Notes under the pieces: model-generated
The model's database searches: none
What the model was told of the DNA's origin: nothing
Seen by the model: only the letters and a program-made list of their open reading frames with translations
Origin: Acanthaster planci
Lineage: Eukaryota
Reading direction: 5' to 3'
DNA length: 64,000 bases
Assembly: GCF_001949145.1 (NCBI RefSeq)
Contig: NW_019091361.1
Coordinates: forward strand, 3,892,148-3,956,147
Shown here: positions 24,750-39,000 of the stretch, piece after piece
Position numbering within the stretch: position 1 is the first letter of the stretch
Layout of the letters: every line of letters begins with the position of its first letter
Program-made: the position numbers and the translations under genes

Positions 24750-26432
24750 ATGGGGTTTGTACACCCTCAGGGGCAAATGGCAATCTCAGCTTTGCATCGA
24801 GTGCCATTTGCTCCCTCGGGTGTACGAAAAACCATGGACTCCCACACTGCAGGTAACAATTGTTAAATGTTAGACATCACATCAGGAAGCTGCCTGATGA
24901 TACAACATGCACACATACATGAATGTACACAACTCGGCAGTATACATGTACAGGATACCGGTGATTTACAAATCAAATGTGCTCAGATAATTAGCAAAGC
25001 TGGTATGCACAGTACTGAGTGTACATTCAATTTGTACACAACATATGGCAACATGCACGGGTATTATACATGTACATGTGTATGTAACATAAATGCAATG
25101 GAATGTGAAAGAGGAAGTTAAGTACCAAATTTCAGTTTAAAGATTCAGTTACTTTTGTACATGTACATAAGTGATTGTTATGTATGCCTCTCCGAGTAAC
25201 AACATGCCGTACTAGCACTGTACATGTACACTACATTGTACATACATGTACTCTCCATACAGAGCTTTTTTTAGAAGTCTTTGCATTTAAACATTAGCCC
25301 ATGTTTATTGGGAACATTTATGAATTACACTTACTGTACATGAATGCACACACATTTCATGCCACATGGAACGTGAGACAGAGTAAACCTACTGCTGCAT
25401 GAATTTGCAGTTTCTGAGGTATAGTTAAATACCAGGAAACTGCACGCATCATTTTGCCAATATCACCATGCACTGTGGCAATCAGTCAAAACCAGTCCGG
25501 AAAGAGGCCCTACAGATAAACCTACATATAGGAGACTTGTCTAAAAATATTGTGTTTTCTAAGTAATGCTTCAGACTTTTCTTAGCTGAATTTCACTTTA
25601 TCACTTTCTGACGGCTCTCATACATGTTAAGGGAAATTTAGTGTTGTTGCTGGCTTCACTCACAAAAAAAATTAAGCAGAAATTGACCCACATGTGTACG
25701 TGAACACTTCAAATGATCATACATTGTTTCTAACAGTGAACACGAAAGTCACGCATTAGTCTTGAAGCGCCAACTGGCATAATTCTGAACACAAACGGAT
25801 ACTTGTCAAAGATTTTGCTGTTCCTGATTTTGGTGGGATTAATGTGAAAGACTTAATTCTCATGAAAATCCTTTCAAAAAGCCAACTTTGGTCCCCAGTG
25901 GTCATGAAATTTATTTATGGTCCTAAAATAACTGAATAGACATTGATAGAGGCTTGAGAAACTGCATCTAGCCATGAAGTATCATAATACCGACATGCAT
26001 CTTCTTTAATAAATTTTCATTCAAAGATAAAGTTTTGGTGATCTTAAGGGAAAAAATAATGACTCCACCTTAGCAGTTGTGTACAAAGTCTATGGGAGTG
26101 AAGAGAATGTTCTCAGTATTTCCAAACAGCATGGGTAAATGTTTCTCAATCTCAGTCCAGAATACCTGTCTTTCCAGCATTTCTTTGACTGACTTTAAGT
26201 TTTATTGAGATGATATACATGTATGATGAGAAAAGTGGAGTCAGGATGCAACATTTTAGCCGTCTTTTACGTTATACAAACAATCAAAGCATAAATGTTT
26301 CAACTGAAATAAAAAGGGAACTCCCCTCTCAAGCACCCGAGACGCACGACAAAAGATTGTGCAACACACACCCACTGCTGTCATAAACAAGGCCTGATGT
26401 TATCACAGACTCATCATGGTTACAGCTACATG

Positions 26433-26754
26433 TAGCGCCCGACTGGGGGCCAGTCTACTGAACTACCAATGCCAGGGCCTCAATTCGGCGCCGTCTGTGG
26501 CTTCAACTGTTTATTTACTAGCTGACTTTGAAGCTGTAAGCGCAGTAATATGTCTAATAGTGCCACAGAACATCAAATAAGATGCAAGAAAGCTAAAAAT
26601 TACAGTAATCCAATTTAATTTAAACGCTTCAGGCCCACGATCGGGGACTGGTTTTGGGAACGAACCTGAGACGTAGACGAATTGAGTATATTGAAAAACG
26701 ACCCGGAATTAATCACGGAGGGGGTTCAGTAGACTGGCCCCCAGTCTGGGGCTA
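26433..26754. mobile_element. MITE with ~30-bp TIRs
   Basis: TAGC.CC.GACTGGGGGCCAGTCTACTGAAC at both ends in inverted orientation. Confidence 0.75.
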
Positions 26755-26849
26755 GGTGGCTACAGCATGCTACCCTCCTATCCTCCCTCCACCCCACCCC
26801 CTTTTCCGCCGAGCGAATTTTTCTTCTTCAAAGCGCTTAAATCGTTTAC

Positions 26850-27050
26850 CTTTTCAGCCGGGTCATGCAGGAAAACTTTTCCGTCACCGTGTCTTCGTAA
26901 TCGAGCAACTGATTCTGCTCCCGTACCGTCACCGCGGTGTAATGTTTGCTTGCAGTGTAGCCTTGTCGCGCAAGCGCAGCGCCACACGCCAGTCAACAAC
27001 ACGCATAATTACGCGACATCCACCGAAAGAGGGCGCAAGTGCATGTATGC
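26850..27050 (-). promoter_or_regulatory. Probable CpG-rich promoter / non-coding first exon of the semaphorin gene
   Basis: Local CpG enrichment in a CpG-poor background; minus-strand donor AAAAG|gtaaac at 26850/26849; the ATG exon has its own acceptor, so an upstream UTR exon is required. Confidence 0.4.
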
Positions 27051-27574
27051 GGTATCTAATTAGATCTTCACCGTGTACATGTTCATGCACTGATTTGGAA
27101 TAACAGCCTGGTTGAATTTTTGTGGGGAATTTAATAAAATCAACCTCTTTTAAGACGAGTGACAAAGTAATGAGCACAGACACTCAAAGTAATCCTCTAG
27201 GCTTTGACTGATTTTTGCTGGGGCAGTTTCATGCAGATATTCTCGAGCAACATTTAAGTTGCTTAATTTGGAATTATCCTAATTCTCAATTATAATACAG
27301 GCTGTCTGCCAATTGAAATTAGATGTTTGTCTGAATTGTGACCGAGTGTCATTATATAGAACTGAAGATGTGACTTCAACACAAGTGTGACCTAAAAAAG
27401 GCACAAGTCACAAGACCCGAGCTATTCAAATGATCGGTGAGGAAATCAGTTCGTTGTTCACCTTGTTACTTATGACATGGTTTTGAGATATGACTTGTAA
27501 CTGAACTTGAGATGATAAAACTGGCGATCGTGACCGGATAAGCTCCAGAATGTATGTGTGAACTAGTCAGTGTT

Positions 27575-27900
27575 AAATCAAGTACACGCACTCTGCATTT
27601 GACACCTCTGGGGTGGTTTTTTTTGAAGAACAACTACTTGGCATGACTAAATATTACGGTGAACATTCCTTCACAAATTATCATGCCTCTTATCTGTGGA
27701 ATAAGCAACCAATGGAAATTTGATCTGCAGACTCCTGAAATTTTTAAAGCCAACTTAGACACTCATCTTTTTAAACAGTACTTCTCTCTATTGATTTTAA
27801 TTGTTTTTGTAGCTTGTTAATTTCGATGTCAACTTTTAATACTTTTATTTAATTGTACAGCCCTTTGCAATATCTGTGGCATGGAAGACATTTTGTAACA
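27575..27900 (+). mobile_element. 3' end remnant of a CR1/L2-type LINE
   Basis: Degenerate translation YGEHSF....YLWNKQP.EI*SA..FKANLDTHLFKQYF resembles the ORF2 C-terminus of this group. Confidence 0.6.
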
Positions 27901-29683
27901 TTATTGTTACAGCACGGTTGTTGATGACCACTTTGGTGCTCTTTCAGAGAGATCCAAAAAAACATTTTCTGTCACTCGTTTTTCCAAATATGGTAGGCCA
28001 CTCTATCAGATAAGTATTATCTTCTGTCTGAAGATTCAAGAAATCAAGATGCACTTACGGATGCACTTGAATATCTTCAAGAAATGCACATCATCTTTTA
28101 AGAAAGTGTTTTAAATGATTAAATTAGTACATGTACATGTTTATGTACATTTTACACATGTAGCCGATTCATTCAAGCTTCTTGAGTGTGTTACATTTCA
28201 GGTTAAAGTAGAGCTTTTTCATTTTGCTCAATGCTTTACATAATGTGTAATAGAAAAAACTGGCATGTCTGGTACAAGCCTCCAAGACCTTCAACATTCC
28301 CTCATGCTTAAAACTTGGAAACACGGACACGGCTGTTTCTCTGTCTTAGTGTAATTTGGTTCTTTAGAATCTGTCAAACCTATCAATGTTGCTGGGGGGT
28401 GTCGGGGGGTCACCCCTCCCTCCCCGTTGGTCCCATTGGTTAGTTTTTGTTAGCAAAATCATGGCCTGTCGGCCAAAAAAAAAAAATGAAAAAAAAAAAT
28501 GAAGATGAAAGGAAGGGGGATACAGTACTCGTTTTACGGGACAGTCCATCAGCAAATTCCACATGGCACCCTCTCATTCAAAATGGTCTAGCGACACGCG
28601 GGAATACATGTAGATTGTGGGTTTCGATGATGTGGCATGAGCAAATTTGACGGTATGCACACGACTGGATAAAGGTCTGAGAGGTCTAATTGACGATGCG
28701 GCACGCATGGTCAAGCTCAGGCAGATGAGTACAGGCCTGCTGTTTTGCCTGGCACTGGGCCAAATACCACAGGAGACACCACAAGACTCACAACGTTTGC
28801 CTCACAAACACTTATATTTTCAACCACCTGCAAACTTTATTTCTACTGGGCCAGCACTGGCAGTACTTAAGTGTAACATTTCCAGCACAATGTCTGGTAT
28901 TCCAACAGTGCACACCCAGTGAGAGGCTATTCAGGAATAGCTACATGCATGCACGATAGGCTGTCCTGTAAGTTCAGCCATACGCTAACATGCGCACTCG
29001 CTTTCTTCCCAACAAACCTTGTCTTTTTGGAATACCAAACTGGCTTATTGGAAATGGCCACCTAACAATGTGACTTGTACAGCATGTGGGTTCTTTGCCA
29101 AATCTTAGCACAATCGCTGTTTTTGTCTTCGTCTGAAGGTCCACCATCGGTTTCAAACACTTTTCTGCTGTTTTGAAATTAAGAGGAAAAGTACTTTTAA
29201 TTTTGGCCTCAAACAATCAGCTTGATGGTTCTGAAGCGGCTAAATAAAGCTGCATTTAATTTAAGGGTCTCATATCTCCTAAGGGAAGGGAAATACTTCA
29301 TAAAACTCAGACTCAAAAATGATGACTGAGCAAAGATTTGGACCCCCGCACTACAAGCAAACGATTGAATTACCTGCTCTACACGGTGTTGAGTGTGCCA
29401 ATTAATTTTTCAATGAAGTCATGCTTTCCCACTTGCAAGTCATGAACGAAGAGGTATCGGCGTGCTTTTGCTGAAGTCAAGCTAAGCCCCCTGCGGTCGG
29501 TGTTCAATGGTGTGCCCCACTATCCAACCCATGTGAGGAAGGCACAATGAACAATGGCTGAATGGTCGATGCAAGCTGGAGGAATCTTCACACCGTCCAA
29601 CATGGAAGCAGGATGCCATGTATCAGATGTTGTAAGCAACCGTTTGGTTCAGTCTGTCTTCCATTGGTCTTCATTCTTTCCCT

Positions 29684-30055
29684 TTACACTGTCTGCTTGT
29701 CCAATTCTTGCTCCTCTGTTGTCTCCCCAGACTGCTCCTTCCCCGCCTCGGCATCTGCCGCCGCCTTCCGTCGCTCTTCCTTCTGAAGCCAGTAGCGGAG
29801 CCCTCCTGTGGCCTCCAGGAGCTTCTCCAACTTCTTCTTCTTCAGAGACATCTCGTACTCCTGGGCGGCCCTGATCTGCCTCCGGACGGCCTCCACGTGC
29901 TGGCGATGCCACTCGGCCAGCATCTCTGGGTACTGCTCTGCGTGGGTGTGGTCCGCTTGCAGCCTCTGGATCTCAGGGAGGATTTCTGTCGTCACCAGGC
30001 TGTCCAGCGACTCGGCCGATATTCTGCCCTCGGCTTGCAGCCTGGACACACATTC
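29684..30055 (-). CDS. MRPS27: MRPS27 exon 9 (terminal)
   Basis: ECVSRLQAEGRI...EQYPEMLAEW...KQTV-TAA. Confidence 0.85.
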   Translation of the reverse strand, partial: ECVSRLQAEGRISAESLDSLVTTEILPEIQRLQADHTHAEQYPEMLAEWHRQHVEAVRRQIRAAQEYEMSLKKKKLEKLLEATGGLRYWLQKEERRKAAADAEAGKEQSGETTEEQELDKQTV

Positions 30056-33000
30056 CTTGAGACAGAAAGAAAAATAAAATTTAGGAAAACAACTTTTCTA
30101 TAACATTATAGACAGCAGCAACCTAATAATCAAGGGAGCCCTTGACTGAAAACAAGGCAGTATAAAATCATGCTCACCGTGAAGTGCTAATTAATTTGCT
30201 TTGTTGGCTAGACGCACTGGACATTGGAGTGAACTTAGTGCAACAGTTCACCACAGTAAGCATCTGAACTTGCCCAACAATGCCCAACGATCTCTGCTGA
30301 TGAGCCACTGCTCACACAGTCAAATGCATGGCAAAAAATGCAGGAGAGACAAATAACCGGCTAAACTGAGAAGAGCTTCCAACGCCTTATGAACTGACCT
30401 GCAACTGGCCCCTCAGCTCCTCTTCAACGTCTGGTTGCTCTTCCGGCACAGCTAGCAACCCCTCAACCTGCAATGTCGGAGAGAAACATGTATATAATCT
30501 GTCTTCTCCAGTTCAGACAGTCTTCAAGAACTAGTGGATTCACCTCTTGCCAATCAAGAACTTTGGGGAGGGTGCAACAACTCACCAAAAAGGTTCAGGG
30601 GCATTATGACAAATGTTTAAGCAATCCACAGAAAGAATCTATGTATCCTATTTTGGGGTAGTTTTGAAAATGGTACTGGGCCTTGTTAAAATTTAGCATG
30701 CCTAAGGGAAATTTCCACCGTGATGAGCGAAACAGCAATGTCATCTCGGGCAGAACCTTCAGCACTGCAACTGCTTCTGAGTATAAAAGTTGCCAGCATG
30801 TTGGATCTTTATTGTAACTTCTGGGTTTGTTTCGGATGTTTCATAGTTAATTCAGTACATGTCCAGGTTAAAGGCCGGTCGTTGTAGCAAACATTGCAAA
30901 AAGTGGAACACAGCAACCAATTCAATGTCAAAAGCTTCGAGAGAACTACCCAGCTAAACCTGAATGAGGGCGGGCTTTCCGGCCAAGGTCATGAATTCAG
31001 CTGCCGACCCCTGTAACCCACAGGCAAATGTCAGCCCTACTTACGACTTCTTGGACCAGACAGGGTCCACCGTCTCCTGTCCGTTCTGCCTCAGCTTGCA
31101 AGAATCTAGCAGCCTGTTTTAACCTTCCCGCCATCACAAGGCCAAGGGCGTGGTAACTGCTGGAGAGAAGACTAGTCTGACCCCTGGTGGCATCTGCAAA
31201 GGTCATGCCCAAGTCATGCATCACTTCCTGCACGATAAAGAAAATTACATTTCACTTGGCTGCTGGAATCAGCAGGATGTGGAATAATGCGAGTTAATTG
31301 GGAATGACATTTGGAGGTGAAGAGATTTCCACAGAACATCCAACGGCGGGGTTGTTACAATGACTACTGTGACGTTCCGGGACTTTTTGAAGTCGGACAA
31401 AATATAATATAGCAATTGACTTATGGTGACTCGTGAGCTTCAATTTCCACTTTTAATGCACACAAACACATGCAGTCAAAGGCTGCTCTGTACCTGCAGG
31501 TCCCTCTCAAATGACATCACTTCCTACAGATTGCCATGTGCATCGGCATTTGTTTTACTTCATCGGCTGCACTGTTTGTCAAAGATATTTAAATCAGCAT
31601 GAATGCAAGTATAGAACATGTGCACACCGTGCACACGTGCAAATGTCAACGTTGTATAAAACATTGGAACTGTAATTTTCCTACAAAGATGGCGTCCAAC
31701 AAGAAAGATCTATGCTTAATGAGTGCTCGGTGCTACATTCACTGTAAGATGGTTTCCACAAAAAACAACCCTAGTTTTGTAACGAAATGAGCTCTGTGGA
31801 CAACGGACAAAATTTGTGTCGATGCAGTTTCCTCAACACTCTCTCACCCTTGCGCTGTCTCCTGATTTCAAGTACCGATGGCAACAATACAGGGCAAGCA
31901 GCCGGGACAGGGGCTCCTCGTCGGTCAACACCTCCAGTGTCATCATCTCCATGGCAACCGCAGCCGCACCCTTGATGTCCCCCCTCTCTAAGTAGTCATC
32001 CAAGAGTAAGTTGAAGGTGAAGTTGTCAGGAAACACTCCGTAATTTGTCTGTCAAAGCAGAGGGACAGAAGTGATGCGCACTGTGTTTCATGTGACTGTA
32101 GAGGACTTTCACAAGACTGCTGGAACATCCTTGGTCCACATATCCAGAACAAAATTACTGTCACGGTAATAATGGTGCCTAATTCCTGTTTCTCTTGTCC
32201 GTTTGTGTAAGTGGCGGAAAGTGTTGACTAACATTGTATGGGAAAGAAATGAAGTACGCAGATGCGGAAAGCGAATGGAGAGAAAAGTGTGCTTATAGAA
32301 GGGTAGCCTCGCTCAACACGCTTAAAAAAGCTAACATGTTTTTCTTTGCAAAGCAAAACATGTGGTCACCGACCTTGTCCTGGAGGACTTTCACAGCTGT
32401 GTCAGCCTGTCCTAGATCCAGGCATGTTCTGATGAAGCTGTGCATGGTGGATGCTCGGAGATGATGGGCCACAGAAGAGTGACGGTGACTACAAATTATT
32501 AAAAACAAAAAGGAAAATGTTCTCAAACAGACAAATGACATTGAAATCGTGGCTTACAGATGATCACAAATCAGACATTGCCAGCATTTTTTTCCAGGGG
32601 GGCTAGACCTTTTCCACAAGGGGGCAAAGCACTCATCAGTAGCAAACTGATATACATGTACCATTAATGAAAGAAGGGGTCAGTTCCAAGATATTTATAA
32701 ACAAATTGGCGATCTTTATTCACTTTCCTCCTTTTTTTCATTCTTGTTGCTTTTTCTTTTCCTTCTTTTCCCTTTTTTATTTTTCTCTTTTGTGGGGGAG
32801 GAGGCCAGCATCCCCCTTGCCCTCCCCTTGTAGAGGATTACATAGTGTATCATGGTAGATTCTTCTAAAGCCGGGCACCCAACCAGAAGTGGAGTACACC
32901 AGTGAGCACTGGCTCCACCCAAGAGCCAAACACATGTATGATCCAACCTGACAAAGCAAGTCTTCATTTATATTGGAAGTAGGTCCGAGTTTCACAGGGC

Positions 33001-36000
33001 CTCAAATAAGTCTTGAAAAGCATAGAAATCAATGTAGGCATATACATATGAAGCTTGCTACCAAGAGGTTGCCACGGAAAGGCCACTTTTCACAGTGCAT
33101 TTTGGGAAATAGTCAACAAATTCAGTTGACGAAATGCTAGCGGGGAACTTGATTTATTACACATGTTTGTTTGTCAGGGAAGGAGATTCATAAGTGTATC
33201 TCAAGTAGCAGTTTATAATTTGTCTTTTTTCTCCTAGTTTCCAACAGACATATGCTCAAATGCAAATTACGGCAAGCTAGCCATGCTTCTGTCGACCATA
33301 AACTGAAAGTGACGCACTGTATTATGAATCGCCCCTATTCCAACAGAGAGAACAAAATGGACATGAAAGTCAAAAGGTGAAAACAAATCTTGTCTATGAA
33401 CCTTATTTGTGGAAATCGACTACAAATGAGGACGTGTACATGTAACGTATCTGTATTTGGGCAAGTCCAAAATTCCACGCACGCTAATGAACATGGAGCG
33501 CTGTTGCACAGGAAGCTCTGCCCTAATTGGTTTATTTATTGACCAAAAACCTGTCTCATTGATCCCGGCAAGTATGCATAGTCCTACAAAGAGTGCATCC
33601 AACAAATGACTAAAGTTGAGAAGTGGCTTCATTTAGGCAAATTGTGAGCCAAAATATTGTGAATTTCTGATACTAAAGATAAACCCAATCTCACTGACCA
33701 GGATAAATGAAATGACAACGCTGGTGGGCAGCTCAGGAAAAAAATGACATGTGCCAGACGGTAATTATTGAAAAGGGAAAGGGTGAGTTTGGGCTCTCCC
33801 GACAGGATTCAAGCAACATCTACACGTACATGTACATACCAATACAGATATTGTTCGGCTGACTTCAGGTCATGCTCATCAGAAATGTTGTCCATGAACT
33901 GCATGAAAGAAATCAGAAATGCAAAAAGAAATAAGATTGTTTTGTATGTTGTACATTGTACAAATATTTTCCCTGAGATATTTTCTTTCTGACAAGCACA
34001 TTATTTTCACACCCTGGATGTCTTTCAAAAAGCAATTTTTCTCAAAGCCAAGATTTCTTACTGCAAGGAGTTCCAACAAAGCAAGGCTGTGAATTTTTTT
34101 CTTAGATTCCGATAATATTATTATCATTTTTATTCCTGGGAAAGCACTGAAAATACAGTGAATATAAAGTATGCCAATGAAGGGCAACATACCAATAATT
34201 CTTCTCATCTATAAAATTTGGACAGCTAATGAACTATGAACATTTTTTCTGCAAATTACATGTACATTTCATATTTGTTCACTGCTGGGATAAGGGATAT
34301 GTTTTAACACCCTCAGGTCGTCTCTGTCTTGATGTTTTCCCTTGTATTCTCAGAATAATTAAGAGTGGTAAAGGTATGTAAGCTTCGAACATCAGCAGAT
34401 GGCGGTCCCTGAATTACCTCATACAGTGCGATGGTACATGGATGCATGTGATAAAGCACCTGCAATAGTGATGTCTATTGGGGAAAGTGACATGCATTTT
34501 TGTTGCCTTGTCTATTGTTGATTCTGGGCCAATGATAAAACGATTCAAGACAGAGGTGTGATATGTATATTTCTCTTTGTGTAAGTCATGAGTCAAATCA
34601 CACATTTAAATTAAAAGCCGCTGCTTTTAATTTCAAGCATGCCAGAGGCAACCCAGATTTTTGCTATTTAGCAACAAGATTCACCTTATGGAGGCCCACA
34701 GTGGCCAACAGGTGAACTAGATTTTTGCTATTTACCAACAAGACTACCTTATGGAGGCCCACAGAGGCCAAAGGCAAACTAGATTTTTGCTATTTACCAA
34801 CAAGACTCACCTTATGGAGGCCCACAGAGGCCAAAGGTAAACTAGATTTTTGCTATTTACCAACAAGACTCACCTTATGGAGGCCCACAGAGGCCAACAG
34901 GCAAACTAGATTTTTGCTATTTACCAACAAGACTCACCTTATGGAGGCCCACAGAGGCCAAAGGCAAACTAGATTTTTGCTATTTACCAACAAGACTGAC
35001 CTTATGGAGGTCCACAGAGGCCACAGGTTTCTTGAAGTCAAAGAAGTCTGCATCCAGTGTGATCTTCAGTTCATCTGTGCAGCATGAACATCAATTCAAC
35101 ATGTTGTAGCCATACTGGTACAAGTACAGCCCAGAGATACAGTAAATGGACTGACGGGGATTTATGTCCACTTTGAAATATACATGTACGTGTAGGTTGA
35201 AGGTTTCAGGTTATTTTCAACTGTCAAATAGCCATAGAGGATATGAGTTATGCTACGGGAGAAGAGGAATTGACAAAATTCTAAAGCTGTCCAGCGGAGG
35301 AGATTCAAAAGGCGAATGGATTGTTGTGTCAAGGGACCCTGATCATGAATGAATTTTGTACACAAAAACGCCGTGCTAAAATTTTGTTTTATTTGTGTTG
35401 TTTGTTTTCTGCATTCATTGCTATCTTTCTTACTTGTGGCTGTTTTACAGGACACCTGAAACATTCATCCTGTTTTTCAAAGAGGACATAAATTCCCATC
35501 CCCCTATAAATTATACCTACAAAGGTGGCCATTGAATCGATTATTTTCTTTGTTGTGCGAGTCACAGCATCCCACAACCTCAAATTCAAGTGAAAGGAAT
35601 GAAAAATAGAAAACAATTTAAAAAATCACAATGCAATGAACAGTAAACTCCTTCCACCTATAAAACTGAGGAGTGTACATTAACTGTGCTTGATAGTTTC
35701 TTTGCTTTGCTCTGAAATGACAAAAAGAGAATCTACAGAGCACAAGAAGGCCGGGCTTGGACTACGACTGCTTAACTATCCCAACCAAAAAAAAATACAC
35801 AGGATTCTGTACGGAAATCCCCACATATGCCTCACAAAACTTTGAGGCCAAACTTGAAGGTTCAAAACTAGGAAGGATTTCAAGTAGCAACACTTTAAAA
35901 GTCTTGGCTCTTTAAAAGTATGCATTTATTCTGGCCAACTCCAGGGTGACCGAGACAATCTGTTTTACTTGAATCAAAAAAGCATGATAGGCTTACCCAT

Positions 36001-39000
36001 GTTCGTAGCTAAAATCTTTCTGGTCCGCCACGCACTCGTTCCTTTGTAGGCATCGGTAAGCAATGTTCTCTGCCCTATCACTGTATTCCCTGATAAGAAA
36101 ACAAATACCATGCATGCACAATGTGATAAATACAAACGGTGGGGTTGGAAACAAGAGATTGGTAAATACAAAAATTCAGATTTTTCAAAAATACTCAGTC
36201 TTATGGTCTGAAACTATCGCACCAGCCATTTTCAAGAGCTATAGGTACATGTACCTCACAATTGCTCTCGCGGGAAAATTTCACAAAAAAGTGGAATTTG
36301 CACAATTACAAAAATACACAGCATTATTAGCCAGATTCACGGACCCCGTGACAATATTCCCGATAAGCTATTTTTGGAATTATTGGTTGAACATCGTTTT
36401 TGACCTTGAAAATACCGATAGGGTGCGTGTGATTTGCAGAATCTACGTACCTTGAAAATTGACAAAAAAATCTTCGAATCCGCAGTAAAACTTTTTTACA
36501 AAAATTACATATTCGACCCACAAAATGATATGGCAATATTCACAGCAATCCCTATTTCAGACAAATATGACTGAACTCCCCTACATGTACCTTGGTTTCA
36601 TTTTTTATCTTACCTGTGGTACATGTTGGATTGAACAGCATTAACAAAGAAAACTGAACCATGCGGTGGTTATCATTACTAATTACCTTGCACATCATCA
36701 TCGTCAGCTCAACTCCACTGTTAAAATGAGGGGAAGAGGACACTGAGAGGCTCCTCCCCCCCCACAGTTGGGAGAAATTCTGGTTCCCACCCCCCCAATT
36801 TCAGTTTCAAATTGTACACGAGATACAGATATTTGAAATCGTATGTAATTTCCCAATATGTATTTAATAATTATAAACTGTCTGAAAATACCAACTAGGT
36901 CACAAGTATTTAACCTATGGCCTAGGTGTATAGGCCCTATGCTTGGTCATTCGCGTGGTCGGACATCCAGGAACTTCAGTACACTATTGAATAGCACGAA
37001 GGATAAATTTGCCCCTTTGCCATGTGTTATAAGTTTGTAGTGGCATCATGCCGACTGCCAGAATGGAGCGATGGTGCACACATACAGATATTATTTTATC
37101 ATAACTTCTGTTAGGGGGCCTAGTAGCCGGAGGTGAGAGACCTATCATTTGAATGCAAATTTAAAGCCTTTTAAGAAGACATCATAACAGAAATAATACG
37201 AGCATTGTGAAATGTCCATTATTGTAGCTAGCATGGTGACCCCGTGTAAATAACAATCATGACTGTTGAATGGCTCCAATGTCACAGCGAAGACACACTG
37301 CACTAAGCATGGTGAGTAGGCCCCTCACTCTCCTAGCCTACTTGGATTTGGAACATAGGTCTACGTCGAGTTAATGAGAATTGTATACTGGAGGATCCCT
37401 TGTTTTTTGTCATTTTAATCTTGCAAAACTGGTAAATGTATGTAATTTCTCCCAAAAAACACAGGCAGCACTTTCTTCATTGCACGGACCTAATTTTTGG
37501 AAATGTCTCATTGTAAATTGTGAGAAAAATGTGACTTTTTCACTGATAAACCAGTCATGCAAATTTGAATCCACCACGTGTCATGTGTTAAAACACTCAT
37601 GGTTTCCCCGCATAATTTCCCTCAAAACTCAAACACTGCCCTTTTTTGACAAAATCAACCCTACAGTTATTGAGCATGATGTCACAGTCACTTACATGTA
37701 CCAAGTTGAATTCAAAAATTAAAATGTAGCTCTCCCTTATTATACTCAGCCTAAGTTAGGGAGTCTGACACCTTTTGCATTTTTCAGGAATTCAGCAACA
37801 AATTTGGTGTCATTAGAAAGCTTATCAAATGACTATTACAATGGTACTACAATTACATCAATAGCTTCTTCCGTCAACAAGTTCTGGCAAAATTAATGAT
37901 AATTTGAAGGGGGTAACTTTCGGTCACCACTTCTAGTTTCATGTACACATTTAATTCAAGACCAATTTTTCGTCTATTTTGAAGAAAAAATCCAACAAAT
38001 CTGGTACCAGAGGAAACAAAACGAACAACCCCACACAATAGTCTCTGACACTTAATATTTTTTGGTGGTGTACAGTTCATGACTCAAGAGGACATGCATA
38101 AACAAAAGACTGGGTGCAAAAATGAGCAGTGTCAAATGCGTGTATACAGCAATGCATGATATGCCACTTGTATGTTCACTCCTGATTTTGCTCAAAAATG
38201 TTTTCCTATCAATCAATAACATAACATTTTTCTATTAATTAGTCCAATAAAAGAAACTTGTTAAAACTGACAGAAAGCCAAGGCATTAGTAGACTACGTG
38301 TATATTCATCAAACATTATTCGTAAAAACTTTCATTCTCATTTTCAGATGCGCATCCCATGTGTGTTGAAAATACATGTACATGTATGTTACCGGTACTT
38401 CGCACTCTCAGTCGTGAAACGTATTTTCCAGGCATAATCCAAAATGATACATTTTATACATGTAGACGTTTTTTGAGGTGGTCATGGTGGCAGTGTGACA
38501 TACATGTACCGGTACAAAGGTGTCACGATTGTTTTACTGCTGTATTAGGTAACGTTCAAAGTTCCAAAAAATCATTTTTTTAGCCTCCTCAGCCTCCTTT
38601 TAAGTAGGTTTTCACCAAAATATGTTTGTATTTAAGGAAAAAAAATCCCTTTTTGATACACATCTTCTCTGTAGAAGATCATTTTACTTCCTTCAAAATA
38701 CTACACCAAATTAGTCAAAGTTTGGTTCCATCCAAAACTTGTTTCATTCTCCGTCCAAATCTCACAAGAACTGTTTACATGACCCAACTCTCGCATGAAA
38801 AACAACGAAAAATGAGAACATGACATCACACACTGAAGATCAAAGTGGCCGCGCCCGTGATCGTTACATTGAAAAGTATATCACTGAAAAGAACAAGGTT
38901 TCTCCTTAACTTAAGTTGTTTGATATTTCGTGGATCATTTCTGTGTACAGTATTTGCTCTGGAAATAAAAAATGTGGGCCTATGGCAAATTCTTTAAAAT

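Noticed and set aside
34645..35027. CRISPR-like array or repetitive protein (ORF 34725-35087)
   Set aside because: The units are contiguous near-identical tandem copies without unique spacers; no cas genes; eukaryotic intron context.
35517..35590. Candidate MRPS27 exon (LWDAVTRTTKKIIDSMATF)
   Set aside because: No good acceptor; exon 35001-35074 fits phase and homology better.
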